From an uncultured Desulfosarcina sp. (lineage in GTDB: Bacteria > Desulfobacterota > Desulfobacteria > Desulfobacterales > Desulfosarcinaceae): 64,000 nt of DNA. The DNA lies in assembly GCA_963674945.2 (NCBI GenBank), contig CAXXWQ010000004.1:1568001-1632000 (forward strand), written 5' to 3'. Below the pieces are notes generated by a model that was given only the letters and a program-made list of their open reading frames with translations, did not search any database and had not been told where the DNA came from. Shown here one piece after another: positions 47,226-57,451 of the stretch. Numbering within the stretch: the stretch's first letter is position 1; each line of letters opens with the position of its first letter. Made by a program: the position numbers and the translations under genes.

Positions 47226-50200
47226 TTTGCCATACCCTGGAGGTGTTGATCGATTTTCCTTGCCATCTTCCGTGTCTCGATCACATGCTTTTCGGCCATC
47301 TGTTGCAAGTACACATTGGCATCCTTAACCCGATGGAGATCCATCGCCTTTTTTGCCGCGTCGGTGTATGAATAGTAATAAAGTGGATATTTTTCTCCCA
47401 AAACCTCACGGATGGCGCCATATGGATTGATTAAAATAGGTGTTTGGCTGGCAATGCAAACCAAGAGAAGATCAAGGCAGCTATCGTCATGGTAATGCGA
47501 AAAGACGATGGCGTGTGACAGGATGGACCGGCATTCCGCGGCATCCGGTTCAGGACAAGCAGAAATCGAATCCAGCATGAAATCGTAAAGGATACGATTT
47601 GTGATGAGGTGTTTTTTTTCAGCCGCCATGATGGCATCCAAATACGAAGAGCATCCCTGTATCCATACCTTCTTCATCTTTTGGACTGGCAACAGGTGGA
47701 TGCCGTGTGCACGTTGCATCCACCACCCCACTTGAACGATCTGCTTTTTATCATCGGATGCATAGGAATCAAAAGACCATTTTTCTCGTACATGGGGCAA
47801 CGGGAATCGGATAACGTGTACGGGAAGACCGGTGAACGGTTTGAGCCGCCTGGCATGGGAAGTGGACTGAACAAAAAGTCCCCGGCACATGGTACGAGAA
47901 CGTTTCCAATGGTCCGAAAAGAACGAAGCACCATTGCAAAACTGGCCATAGGGCGGTTTATGTGCCAACCATTCCGGTAAGTGGGCGGGCGGGGCATGCA
48001 CAAAACCGACCCAGGGTTTCTCCATGGGAAGTTTTCTTTCCCTCAATGCTGATTCGACGCAGGGTACCACGTCAATGGTCCCGCTTCCCATGGATTCGAT
48101 CTTCATTGTGAGTTGGGGGGATCTTGTGCCGGTGGTCGGATCACCGGCAAGTGAGGACCAGAGGCACCACGTGTGTTCGGCTTCACCAGAAGGAAAGGAT
48201 GCCTGTAGAGAGGTGGCAGAAGGGATGGCATCCTTATTGATTTCAGCATGGACGTTTCGATAGAAATCATCCAGCCGCAGATTCATCCATGGTGAGGCGA
48301 AATGGTCGAGATAAAAAGAGACGCTCCCGGCCCCCAACTGTTGCGTCAGTGCCTTGTCTCCATGTAAAACGATCACCGCTTGGGCGATGTCCTTGGCGTC
48401 TCCCTTCTCCAGAATATATCCATTCCTGCCATGGTCGATAAGCAATCCGATGTTGGAACGGGGAAGGATCACCGGCTTTCCCATGGCAAAATACTCGGGC
48501 AACTTGCATGGAATCCGAAAATCGTTAAAATCTCCCGGATTGCCGGGCTGTACAAAATAATCGGCTGCCGCCATGATCTCTGGCAGCTTTTCCCGATCCA
48601 CCCAACCCAGATCCCGAAAGAAGCCGTCTGCCGTGGCATTGGCCCACGGCCAGGATTTGTCGCTTCTTCCGGTTCGAATGAGCGTGGTTGGTATTTTTTC
48701 CTCATTTAGGATCTCGACCGCCCGATACAACGATGCCACTTCGTCCTGATTTGCCCCGTGTACGTTTCCGGTATACACAAGCACCCGATGGTCTTCCGGG
48801 ATCTCCAGTCGATGTCGCAATGCCCGGTTGATGGGCCGGGGATAAAAGAGCCGCTCGTCGACCACGGGCATGATGGTCAGACTTGGGATATCGGCATAGT
48901 TGAATGCTTCCAGTGCGCCGATCACCATGGTGATGCCATCGGCGTTCTCTATCCACCTCCGCCCGTGAATCGGATGGTAGGCATCGGCAGGGACAAGACG
49001 ATCGAGTTGATCCACGGAAAGCGATTGTAATGTGCTCCATGCTTCTCCTACGGCCGCTTCTGTAAGGTACTCCTCGTTGTCCTCCAGATGAACGATCGTC
49101 TGAAAACAATATCGTTTTTCGAGTCTGCGACAAAATTTCCGTACACGTTCCCTTGGTGTCCATGCATGAACGATGTCCGGTCCACGGCCATTGTTAAAAC
49201 ATAGTCCAACCGTTTCGATGTCCCCGAAGCTGAGAATCTGGCAGGTGATCTCACCACCGAGGTCTTTAAAATCTTTTTCTTTATCGGGTACGGCGATGAT
49301 ACAATTTATCCCCTGATCCATGAGTCGTTCGGCATGATGGTATGCCTGATATCCGCTGTTGGAAGATGCACTTCCATAAAGGATAATAAGTACGTTCAAA
49401 GATTGCAGCTTCTCGTTTTGGTGAGGACCTTCGGGGCCGCCCGAAAAAATCCGCTCACCGACGGTACCCTTAAATTGCGCCTCTATCGCCGGTGCGACGT
49501 CATGACCGGCGTCCAGGCCAATCTGCATGTAGTGCACCAGCGGGTTCTCGCCTTTTTCCTCGCCGCCCATGTATGTTTCCATGTACCATTTTCCGTTAAA
49601 AAAGGGGCTGGGATTGTGGTCCCCCCTGTGACCGAACCGAAGGTAGTGGGCCAAGGGATTGAGCCCCGATGACGTCACACCCGGATACGTCCGAAGGTAC
49701 CACTTCGTGTCGAATAGCGGGTTTGGATCCCGGCCGTCCGCCACGCAGAAATCCAGAAAATGGGCCAGGGGACTGACTCCGGTTTCCACTACATCACCGT
49801 AGGTGCCCCGGTACCAGTCCGTATCGAAAAGTGGGTTCGGGTCTCGCCCCTCTTTTTCTCCGACCTCAAGATAGTGGGCCAACGGGTTGATGCCCGATGA
49901 CGTCACGTCATCATTTTGTTGCAGATACCAAGTTGTATGGAACAACGAATTGGGGTTGCGACCATCTTCGACGCCGAAACGGATGAAGTGGGCAAGAAGA
50001 CTGGTTTCCGACTTTGCGACATCCGGATAGGTCTTCGCATACCAGCGGGAATCGAACAAGGCGTTGGGATTGCGCCCCTCTTTCTCTCCGACTCTCAAAT
50101 AGTGGGCCAACGGGTTGACACCGGAATCCGCTACGTCTTCATATTCTTTCAGATACCAAGCCGTGTTGAATAACGGATTGGGATTGCACCCCTGTGCCAG

Positions 50201-53005
50201 CCCGTCGGTCAGGTAATGAGCCAATGGATTCTGGCCGGCGGCGGCAACTTCAGTATACCGTTTCAAATACCAGTCTGTATCGAACAAGGCATTGGGGTCC
50301 CGCCCCTCTCCAACACCAACCGTCAAATAATGGATCAGGGGATTGATCCCCGACTCCGCCACATCACCGTAGGTTTTGACATACCATTTCGTGTCAAACA
50401 GCGGGTTAGGATCACGCCCCTCCTTCGCCCCGAATTCTAAAAAATGAATCAGCGGGTTGGTACCGGAGGCAGCCACATCCGGATACATATTCAGATACCA
50501 GGTCGCATCGAACAGGGGATGGGGATGACGCCCTTGTTTCGCACCCGCATACAGATAGTGAACCAAGGGATCCATGCCGGATGGAATGACATCCGGATAT
50601 CGGTTTGAATACCAAACCGAATCGAATAGTGGATGGGGCGTGTATCCTGCTGCGGAGCCGACCTCTATGTAATGGACCAAGGGATTGGTTTCCGATTTTC
50701 CCGACTCCTTGCAGGTTCGTCTATACCAGGCGGTATCGAACAAGGGGTTGGGATCCCGGCTGTCTGATTGGCCGAAGGAGAAGAAATGAACCAACGGATT
50801 CTCGTCGGACTGCGCCACATCCGGGTATTTCTGCAGGTACCACCGGGCGTCGAAAAGCGGATGGGGCAGGTATCCCTTTTTGCCACCAGCCGCCAGATAG
50901 TGGGCCAAGGGATTAACGCCCGAACGAAGGGCATCCGGATAACGGTCCAGGTACCATTCGGTATCGAACAGTGGGTTGGGGCAACATCCTTTTTCAAAGG
51001 CGCAATCCAAAAAATGTGCCAGGGGGTTGGCACCCGATTTTGCAGCATCCGGATAGTGCGTTTGATACCAATTCGTATGAAACAAAGCGTTTGGATTACG
51101 CCCTTCCTCGGCTCCCGTTTCCAGGTAGTGGGCCAGGGGATTTATGCCGGCGGCCGTTACATCCGGGTACGACTGCAAATACCAGGACGTATCAAACAGC
51201 GCATTGGGGTTGCGCCCCTCTGCGGCCCCCTTGTCCAGGTAGTGGGCCAACGGGTTGATGCCGGCGGCCGCCACATCCGGGTACGACTGCAAATACCAGG
51301 ACGTATCAAACAGCGCATTGGGGTTGCGCCCCTCTGCGACCCCCTTGTCCAGGTAGTGGGCCAACGGGTTGATGCCGGCGGCCGCCACATCCGGATACGA
51401 CTGCAAATACCAGGACGTATCAAACAGCGCATTGGGGTTGATACAATCCCGGACGCCATACTTCAGGTAGTGCACCAACGGGTCTGTCTCTCGTACATCC
51501 TCCCCCAGGTGACGATTGGCATACCATCCGTTCTCAAACAACGGATTGGGCTTTCGCCCCTCGTCCTTTCCGTATTTCAGGTAGTGAACCAGAGGGTTGG
51601 TTCCGGACGCCATAACGCCTGGATTGGTCTCTAAATACCAGTCATTCAAAAACAGTGGATTTGGATTGCATCCCTGTTTGAAACCGAGCTGCAAATAGTG
51701 GAGCCGTGGATCCAACCGCGGTCCGAAGGCATGCGGGTAGATGGATTGATACCAATGGCTGTTGAAATATGAATCCAAGATATCAATTTTACGCTTGTTT
51801 TTCAAAACGCCAAGAGAGCGGATGATTCGATTGTAAACGACCAGTGGAATTCTGCCAAATTCAAAAAGTGCAGGCCTGTTCCTCCGGTTCTTTCCATTAT
51901 GATCCGCCTTCTCCAGCGAGTCGATCCGGCTGCGATATACATCCAGCGCCCTTTTCTCGTAATGGCTTGTCTCTCTTCTTTTTCTTTCTACGAGTTCTAT
52001 CCGCCGGTTGCAGGTCTTCCGTGCGGAGGAGAGCACGACCGGATTGTCTTTTGGTTCATGGATCTGCGGTGTTGCTGAAAAGCCGCTTCTCACCATTGCA
52101 GGAGGGACGCCCGACATTGCAACTGATGCCATCTTCGACTGTAACCGTTGGGACAGGCGGCGAACTTGGCCTGTTTCGGCCATATTTTCACTCCGAACCC
52201 ATGCAACTGCCTTTGCGATTTCAACCAGGTTCTCCCTACGCCCCTCTTCGACAAGAGCGACATTGTATAAAAGATCGTAGAACCAGAAAAATTGATCAAA
52301 AGATTTCCAGCCGGGATCATTTATGGGCATTCGACTGATATGATAGTGTTTTCGTTCAGGCTGAATCACACACCGAATGCTGTCGCTGTGCTCTTTCAAG
52401 GATTTTGGAAACGATAGCCCCAATTGTACCTCGACCTGACGTAATGTAGAGACGGGATCTGCAAGCAGTCGGTCGTAAACGACGATGGCAAATGAACTCT
52501 CGCGGCAATCATCGATGGCCGAAAGTGTCGTGGTCAGCCATCTTTGATGCCCATGGCGCAGGTCGAGCCCGCTCTCTTTTCTCATCGAAAGCGCGGTTTC
52601 CCAGGGATGGCGAACGCATAGGACTATGCCAGCCTTTAAATTCCGCTTGTCGAGCAGGTGGGTCCAAAGGGGAATGAGTCGACACAACCGTGAATCGACG
52701 ATTGAAACGAGCCGTTTTTTATCCAATAAAACGTCGATGGCTTGATTGATTTTGGCGTTTGCCTCGCGTGCCTGCTGGGTCTCTTTCCACCATTCCGGTC
52801 GTTTCCCGAACCGGCTACCGGTGTCGTCCAGATCCCGGAAAAATTTTTCGTGCATACGGGAAATGGAATCACGGACGTTATCCTCTCTTTCTCCAAAGCC
52901 CGTTTCAACGCCGAGTTTTTTCAGACAGGCCCCAAGAACCGACAAACCACTTCGGTTTACGCCGGTAACGAATATGCAATCAATCTGTGGTTTCGTGGTT
53001 GACAT
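47222..53005 (-). CDS. Giant glycan enzyme: sulfotransferase-like domain, 20 x 38-aa repeats, GT4 domain and C-terminal domain
   Basis: GVNRSGLS and VRHPWETALS; repeat array; GT4 AADYFVQPG...PCKLPEYFAMGKPVI. Confidence 0.85.
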   Translation of the reverse strand: MSTTKPQIDCIFVTGVNRSGLSVLGACLKKLGVETGFGEREDNVRDSISRMHEKFFRDLDDTGSRFGKRPEWWKETQQAREANAKINQAIDVLLDKKRLVSIVDSRLCRLIPLWTHLLDKRNLKAGIVLCVRHPWETALSMRKESGLDLRHGHQRWLTTTLSAIDDCRESSFAIVVYDRLLADPVSTLRQVEVQLGLSFPKSLKEHSDSIRCVIQPERKHYHISRMPINDPGWKSFDQFFWFYDLLYNVALVEEGRRENLVEIAKAVAWVRSENMAETGQVRRLSQRLQSKMASVAMSGVPPAMVRSGFSATPQIHEPKDNPVVLSSARKTCNRRIELVERKRRETSHYEKRALDVYRSRIDSLEKADHNGKNRRNRPALFEFGRIPLVVYNRIIRSLGVLKNKRKIDILDSYFNSHWYQSIYPHAFGPRLDPRLHYLQLGFKQGCNPNPLFLNDWYLETNPGVMASGTNPLVHYLKYGKDEGRKPNPLFENGWYANRHLGEDVRETDPLVHYLKYGVRDCINPNALFDTSWYLQSYPDVAAAGINPLAHYLDKGVAEGRNPNALFDTSWYLQSYPDVAAAGINPLAHYLDKGAAEGRNPNALFDTSWYLQSYPDVTAAGINPLAHYLETGAEEGRNPNALFHTNWYQTHYPDAAKSGANPLAHFLDCAFEKGCCPNPLFDTEWYLDRYPDALRSGVNPLAHYLAAGGKKGYLPHPLFDARWYLQKYPDVAQSDENPLVHFFSFGQSDSRDPNPLFDTAWYRRTCKESGKSETNPLVHYIEVGSAAGYTPHPLFDSVWYSNRYPDVIPSGMDPLVHYLYAGAKQGRHPHPLFDATWYLNMYPDVAASGTNPLIHFLEFGAKEGRDPNPLFDTKWYVKTYGDVAESGINPLIHYLTVGVGEGRDPNALFDTDWYLKRYTEVAAAGQNPLAHYLTDGLAQGCNPNPLFNTAWYLKEYEDVADSGVNPLAHYLRVGEKEGRNPNALFDSRWYAKTYPDVAKSETSLLAHFIRFGVEDGRNPNSLFHTTWYLQQNDDVTSSGINPLAHYLEVGEKEGRDPNPLFDTDWYRGTYGDVVETGVSPLAHFLDFCVADGRDPNPLFDTKWYLRTYPGVTSSGLNPLAHYLRFGHRGDHNPSPFFNGKWYMETYMGGEEKGENPLVHYMQIGLDAGHDVAPAIEAQFKGTVGERIFSGGPEGPHQNEKLQSLNVLIILYGSASSNSGYQAYHHAERLMDQGINCIIAVPDKEKDFKDLGGEITCQILSFGDIETVGLCFNNGRGPDIVHAWTPRERVRKFCRRLEKRYCFQTIVHLEDNEEYLTEAAVGEAWSTLQSLSVDQLDRLVPADAYHPIHGRRWIENADGITMVIGALEAFNYADIPSLTIMPVVDERLFYPRPINRALRHRLEIPEDHRVLVYTGNVHGANQDEVASLYRAVEILNEEKIPTTLIRTGRSDKSWPWANATADGFFRDLGWVDREKLPEIMAAADYFVQPGNPGDFNDFRIPCKLPEYFAMGKPVILPRSNIGLLIDHGRNGYILEKGDAKDIAQAVIVLHGDKALTQQLGAGSVSFYLDHFASPWMNLRLDDFYRNVHAEINKDAIPSATSLQASFPSGEAEHTWCLWSSLAGDPTTGTRSPQLTMKIESMGSGTIDVVPCVESALRERKLPMEKPWVGFVHAPPAHLPEWLAHKPPYGQFCNGASFFSDHWKRSRTMCRGLFVQSTSHARRLKPFTGLPVHVIRFPLPHVREKWSFDSYASDDKKQIVQVGWWMQRAHGIHLLPVQKMKKVWIQGCSSYLDAIMAAEKKHLITNRILYDFMLDSISACPEPDAAECRSILSHAIVFSHYHDDSCLDLLLVCIASQTPILINPYGAIREVLGEKYPLYYYSYTDAAKKAMDLHRVKDANVYLQQMAEKHVIETRKMARKIDQHLQGMAN
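49487..51766 (-). repeat. Twenty in-frame 114-bp (38-aa) tandem repeats
   Basis: Consensus FDTxWYLxxYPDVAxSGxNPLxHYLxxGxxEGRxPNPL counted 20 times without indels; units 4-6 nearly identical in DNA. Confidence 0.93.
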
Positions 53006-53356
53006 CAAGATCCCATTTCTTGCCGTTGGTCACCGACCGGAGTGCTTTTGCTGGCTCCTGCCTGCGAAATAGCGCGAATTGGCCTTTGTCCTGCAAAGCT
53101 TGATGGTAATCGGATTATCAAAAAGTTGAATCAGACGATCATTTCGACGGTTGCACAAAAATGTCGTTCTTTGTTCTGTCCGGCCCCACTATATTTGAAA
53201 AGCATCATAATGCCAACCATTGTAATGAATTTTTACGTGATGGATAAAAGGATGGTTTCGCAATGGACAATGGCACCGATCCCGCTGATCTCAAAGGATA
53301 CACCATGCCTTGGGTTCCGCCGTTGCTGCTTGAGGATGAATACAACACCGGTAACG

Positions 53357-53395
53357 AAAAAAAGCTCGTCATGCACGATTGCATGACGAGCTTTT
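53357..53395 (-). terminator. Intrinsic terminator closing the TPR/TSP3/VWA operon
   Basis: AAAAGCTCGTCATGCA-cgat-TGCATGACGAGCTTTT perfect 16-bp stem, 30 nt after the stop at 53426. Confidence 0.88.
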
Positions 53396-53425
53396 CATTT
53401 TGCTATGGATCGGGATTGAGTGAAC

Positions 53426-55741
53426 CTACTCCGGATTTGCCTGACCCGGATGGTAGGTCAACGTAATGGTAAAATAATAGGGCGCGTCGTAACCCCAGTC
53501 GTTATCCGGTTCATCGTTGGATTCCTCGGTCCCGGGAAGCAGCAGGTAATTGAAATCGCTCAGTCCGATATAGAACTTGGCATCCTGGCCCCATTCGCTT
53601 CCGATCCAGAAGGTATCGTCGCCCGTCGGTGTCGTCAGATCGATGGCCGCAACGGTCTGGGGACTGGTATCCCCAGCACAGGCCTTATACCCATCCGGTG
53701 AAGTGGGATTATCCATGATAATGGCGTTCTGGTTGCTGTCCCGATAGAGCTTCCACACATACTCCACCTGGCTTCCGGGAGTGGGCACCACCAGTCTCAT
53801 TTCCACATCGTAGTACCAACTGGTTTCGGCTCCGGCCGGATCGAGTTTGCCCAAATCGAGCTGGAAAAAATCCCGATCGCCCTGGTAATCCACATATCCG
53901 CAGATCCATGGAAAGGTGATTACCGTTGTACCGTCCCCCGGATCGCTCCATGTCGCATTCGGGCCACGGGCATCGAGCCATTCGGTATTGGCCTTGAATG
54001 TGGGTTGCAGATTCGAGAAGATCTCCAATTCGACATCCTGGGTTTCACCGGCTTCCTGTCCGGTCTCGCCATAGTAGAACAGATCCTGACCGGATGTCTG
54101 TGCGATCGCTACCGGAGCCCCCGCCACCTCCTGGCTGGACGCCGTAATTTCGTATGAAACGCTGGTTCCCTCGTCGTTTTGAGCATCACTCACCTTGAAA
54201 TGGTAGGTGGCGGGGGCCAGATCTGCGGGCACCAGAATCGATGTCTTCAAGTGCGTCTGCCCGTCGCTGCCATCCAAGTCCGACACCTTCTTGATCATCC
54301 GGTCGCCACGCCAGATACTCAACTGGTAGTCCACGATACTGGTGCCCGCAACCAACGAAACGGAAAGAATCCGCGGGGCCGCAGTATCGACCGCGATGGC
54401 GTACCAGTCCACATCGGACTGGTAACTGACCCACCCTTCGGTGGGAATGCCATCGGTCAAGTCTACGGCACTGTTGGTCGTGTTGTCGTCCGTTTCTTCA
54501 ATGGTATCGGTCAAGTCGGGTTCTTCCAATCGGACCCGATAATTCGTACCGAGATTCAATCGTTTCGGATTGGCAGGCGCCACGACCACAAAATATTCAC
54601 CGTTTTCGGTCCTGAACTGGTTCTGGTACAAAGGACTTCCCGGAACGAGATCATAGGAGGTCACCATGGTAAGCTCCGCGTCATACACGACGATGCGAAG
54701 GGGTGCGGTACCATCGACCGTATCGCCGCCGTCGATGGTCATCTGCACCTGATGGTAGGTGGTCGACCCTCCCACGGCCCCCAGCGTAAACCGATACCAG
54801 TCCAGATCACCGGCATGGTCGGGAGAAATGCTCGATGCGCCGTAGTCGATCGTACCTTCGGCCGTGTATTGGCCCGAAATATCTTCTGCCAACAATATGG
54901 CATCATCGACGATGTCATTGCCCTGGGCTTCGGTCACGGCCATCGATCTGACGGAGATGTCATAGGGCGCCCCTGCATCCCCATTCAGGCTGTCGCTGTC
55001 TTCGACAATTACGAAATAAGGGCCGCTGTCCGGCGTCAAGTAACCGCGCACCGTATGGTAGGGATCACAAAGGCGCTGAATCAGGTTACCGCTGTAATCG
55101 TACAGGCTCATGGCCAGTTGAACCGGCGTCCCACCAGCCGGCTTATGATGATCCACATTCACGACGAAAACACCAGAGCCGGCAACATCGAAGGTAAAAC
55201 AGTCCACTTCGCCGATCTCTTCGATGGCGTCGCTGATGGCCGAGGCATCCACGGTCAGGGACTGGGCGTTGGAAAAGTCATGGTTTCCGTCGGCGGCGTC
55301 CTCGAATGTGGCCCGAAGATAGTAGGGGATATCACTCGATGCGTCGTCATCCATCAGGTCCCGAACGGTAATGTACAGCTCCTTTGGAGAATCGATATAC
55401 ACCCAAAGGTCCAAATCGGCGCCCAAAGAGGCGCCATTGGGCTTATGCTTGCCGAACACGCGGCGGCGCTGGCCGTCGACCTCTTCGAAGACCGTGACCA
55501 AAAGATCCACACCGGAGCCGTACGTTTTCTCCTCACAGGAAATGTGCAAGAAACGGTTTGTCTCGGTTGCCCGCAAATAGTAGGTGTCCACCTCACCTTC
55601 CGTTGCGATAAATTGGGTCATGGTTTCCCCGATTTCCAAGGTTCGTACTGCCGGTTCGCCTTCCACCGAATCACTGGAGCCGCCGCATGCCGAGATGGCA
55701 AAGAGTAGAAGCAACCAAATGCATCGCTTTATGTTTTTCAT
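53426..55741 (-). CDS. Acidic surface lipoprotein with about five PPC-like beta-sandwich repeats
   Basis: Lipobox ISAC; repeated GEVDTYYL, GEVDCFTF, GDLDWYRF, SDVDWYAI, GDRDFFQL. Confidence 0.75.
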   Translation of the reverse strand: MKNIKRCIWLLLLFAISACGGSSDSVEGEPAVRTLEIGETMTQFIATEGEVDTYYLRATETNRFLHISCEEKTYGSGVDLLVTVFEEVDGQRRRVFGKHKPNGASLGADLDLWVYIDSPKELYITVRDLMDDDASSDIPYYLRATFEDAADGNHDFSNAQSLTVDASAISDAIEEIGEVDCFTFDVAGSGVFVVNVDHHKPAGGTPVQLAMSLYDYSGNLIQRLCDPYHTVRGYLTPDSGPYFVIVEDSDSLNGDAGAPYDISVRSMAVTEAQGNDIVDDAILLAEDISGQYTAEGTIDYGASSISPDHAGDLDWYRFTLGAVGGSTTYHQVQMTIDGGDTVDGTAPLRIVVYDAELTMVTSYDLVPGSPLYQNQFRTENGEYFVVVAPANPKRLNLGTNYRVRLEEPDLTDTIEETDDNTTNSAVDLTDGIPTEGWVSYQSDVDWYAIAVDTAAPRILSVSLVAGTSIVDYQLSIWRGDRMIKKVSDLDGSDGQTHLKTSILVPADLAPATYHFKVSDAQNDEGTSVSYEITASSQEVAGAPVAIAQTSGQDLFYYGETGQEAGETQDVELEIFSNLQPTFKANTEWLDARGPNATWSDPGDGTTVITFPWICGYVDYQGDRDFFQLDLGKLDPAGAETSWYYDVEMRLVVPTPGSQVEYVWKLYRDSNQNAIIMDNPTSPDGYKACAGDTSPQTVAAIDLTTPTGDDTFWIGSEWGQDAKFYIGLSDFNYLLLPGTEESNDEPDNDWGYDAPYYFTITLTYHPGQANPE

Positions 55742-55762
55742 CTTTTTCACCTTTTTATGTTT

Positions 55763-57451
55763 TTAGTCGATGAGTTCGAATTGTCCATAACCAAGCGTCT
55801 GCGTATAGGTGCTGTCCTCCAAGGTATTGATGATCACTTCCGCCATTCGAAAGACCGGTGGCGCATTGGGGCGGTCTTCCGGCACCTGCGCGATATAGAT
55901 GCGAATCACATTGTCTCCGGGGTCCAGTATGGAGTTTGAAAACAGCCCACCCGAATCCGCCCCGATGGTTTGCATCAGGCTGATATTGCCAATCTCGAGA
56001 CTGTATCTGCGAATTCCCTGGGGAAGATCAGGAAACTGGATGGGGTCGGGGTTGCCATGGTCGGTCAACCGATAACTATATGCATATCGATCCTGAATCT
56101 TGGGATCGTTGGTCAAAACGTTGGTATGTCTCTGCACTTCGAAAACGTCCAGGGTACCATCCAGATCGGTGTCCTCAGTGTAAAGGTTTTCAAAAGGATT
56201 GGTACCTGCGGCCATTTCGATACCGTCGGGAATGTAGTCCGCATCGAAATCGGCCACGAAGCGCCAGGTTCCCTTGATGGACTCTTCGCAGTCGGTCATT
56301 CCGTCATTATCCTGGTCCGGCCAAACCCCCGAAGGCGGTGCAGGACAACTGCTGTCTTCCACAAGCGGATCGGGCCACATGTTGCCATCGTCCATGAGCG
56401 TCTGGGTCTGGATCTCGAAATAATCACTCAATCCGTCGTCATCCGTGTCCCGAAGCTGCGGGTTTGTACCATGCAATGTGACCTCGTCGTCGTCGGACAG
56501 GCCGTCGCCGTCACTGTCCAGGTACAAGGTGTCGATGCCGGGACGAACATTGTAGTTATAGGCGACGATAAACTTGATCTTGTAGGCATTGGTCAAACGC
56601 ATGTCGGTAAAGTTAATAAAATCGATGGCATTGGCAGAAGCGAAATCCCGAAATGTGCCGTTTCCCGCCTGGGCCATGCCGAACAACGTGTTCTCGGCGT
56701 ACTGCCGTGCGTATTCATAGTCATCCCCCGGGATATACTCACCGGAGGCGTCCCGAAAGAGGGAAGAGAGAAAGAAGGTGTGGAAATTGAACTGGCCCAC
56801 ACCGCGCTCCGCCGTAACCTCGTTCAATGCTTCCACTTGTTCCCAGATGTCCTGGGGAATCTGGGAACCCGCATCCGTATTGGGCATTCCATCGCTGAAA
56901 AAGCAGACGATATACTTGGAGCGGGCCAGATCGTTCTCTCCGGACTCCTGATAGGAGATGTTCATGATATCGTTTTCCACCATCTCTCGAATATCGGTCA
57001 CGGCTCCCACATAGTCGGTATAGGATTCGTTGCGAACATTGTCCATGACCCGGTTCAACTCTTCCGTGGAACGGGTGAATCCTGCTTCACCGTAACCGTT
57101 CTGGGTCTGATCGATGACACTGCCGGCCCACAATATGATCCCGAAGGAGACATTGGGAAACTCATCGGTGTTGTACTGTTCCAGAAAACGTTGTACTGCC
57201 GCGATGCGCCTGCCGTAAGGCTCATCCGGTGGATTGAGTGGATCCGACTCAAGCATGCTCAAAGAACAATCGATGGCGAAAAGCACTTTGACAGGGAACT
57301 GAATGTTTTCCGGATTCTCGGTATGAAATTCTGCGACGATGGTTCCCGAGTCTCGGACGGTGGTTCGTTCGAGCGGAGGACTGTTGTCGCAGGAAACACC
57401 CCACACGATAAAAGTGAGAAAAAAGACGAACAATGAAATTTGCCTACGCAT
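55763..57451 (-). CDS. VWA-domain lipoprotein with DxDxDG calcium-binding repeats (MtsD-like)
   Basis: Lipobox GVSC; FPVKVLFAIDCSLSM MIDAS, YTDY, FFSDGMP; DSDGDGLSD, DTDDDGLSD, DQDNDGMTD, DTDLDG. Confidence 0.82.
   Translation of the reverse strand: MRRQISLFVFFLTFIVWGVSCDNSPPLERTTVRDSGTIVAEFHTENPENIQFPVKVLFAIDCSLSMLESDPLNPPDEPYGRRIAAVQRFLEQYNTDEFPNVSFGIILWAGSVIDQTQNGYGEAGFTRSTEELNRVMDNVRNESYTDYVGAVTDIREMVENDIMNISYQESGENDLARSKYIVCFFSDGMPNTDAGSQIPQDIWEQVEALNEVTAERGVGQFNFHTFFLSSLFRDASGEYIPGDDYEYARQYAENTLFGMAQAGNGTFRDFASANAIDFINFTDMRLTNAYKIKFIVAYNYNVRPGIDTLYLDSDGDGLSDDDEVTLHGTNPQLRDTDDDGLSDYFEIQTQTLMDDGNMWPDPLVEDSSCPAPPSGVWPDQDNDGMTDCEESIKGTWRFVADFDADYIPDGIEMAAGTNPFENLYTEDTDLDGTLDVFEVQRHTNVLTNDPKIQDRYAYSYRLTDHGNPDPIQFPDLPQGIRRYSLEIGNISLMQTIGADSGGLFSNSILDPGDNVIRIYIAQVPEDRPNAPPVFRMAEVIINTLEDSTYTQTLGYGQFELID

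Noticed and set aside
49487..51766. Possible CRISPR array or DGR template/variable repeats
   Set aside because: The repeats are in-frame coding units with no spacers; no cas or reverse transcriptase gene in the window
53201..53215. Sigma54 promoter TGGCA...TGC upstream of the glycan locus
   Set aside because: GG-to-GC spacing is one nucleotide short of the -24/-12 requirement
54179..57436. Long plus-strand ORFs (509 aa and 488 aa)
   Set aside because: Antisense shadows of the acidic lipoprotein genes; no recognisable motifs
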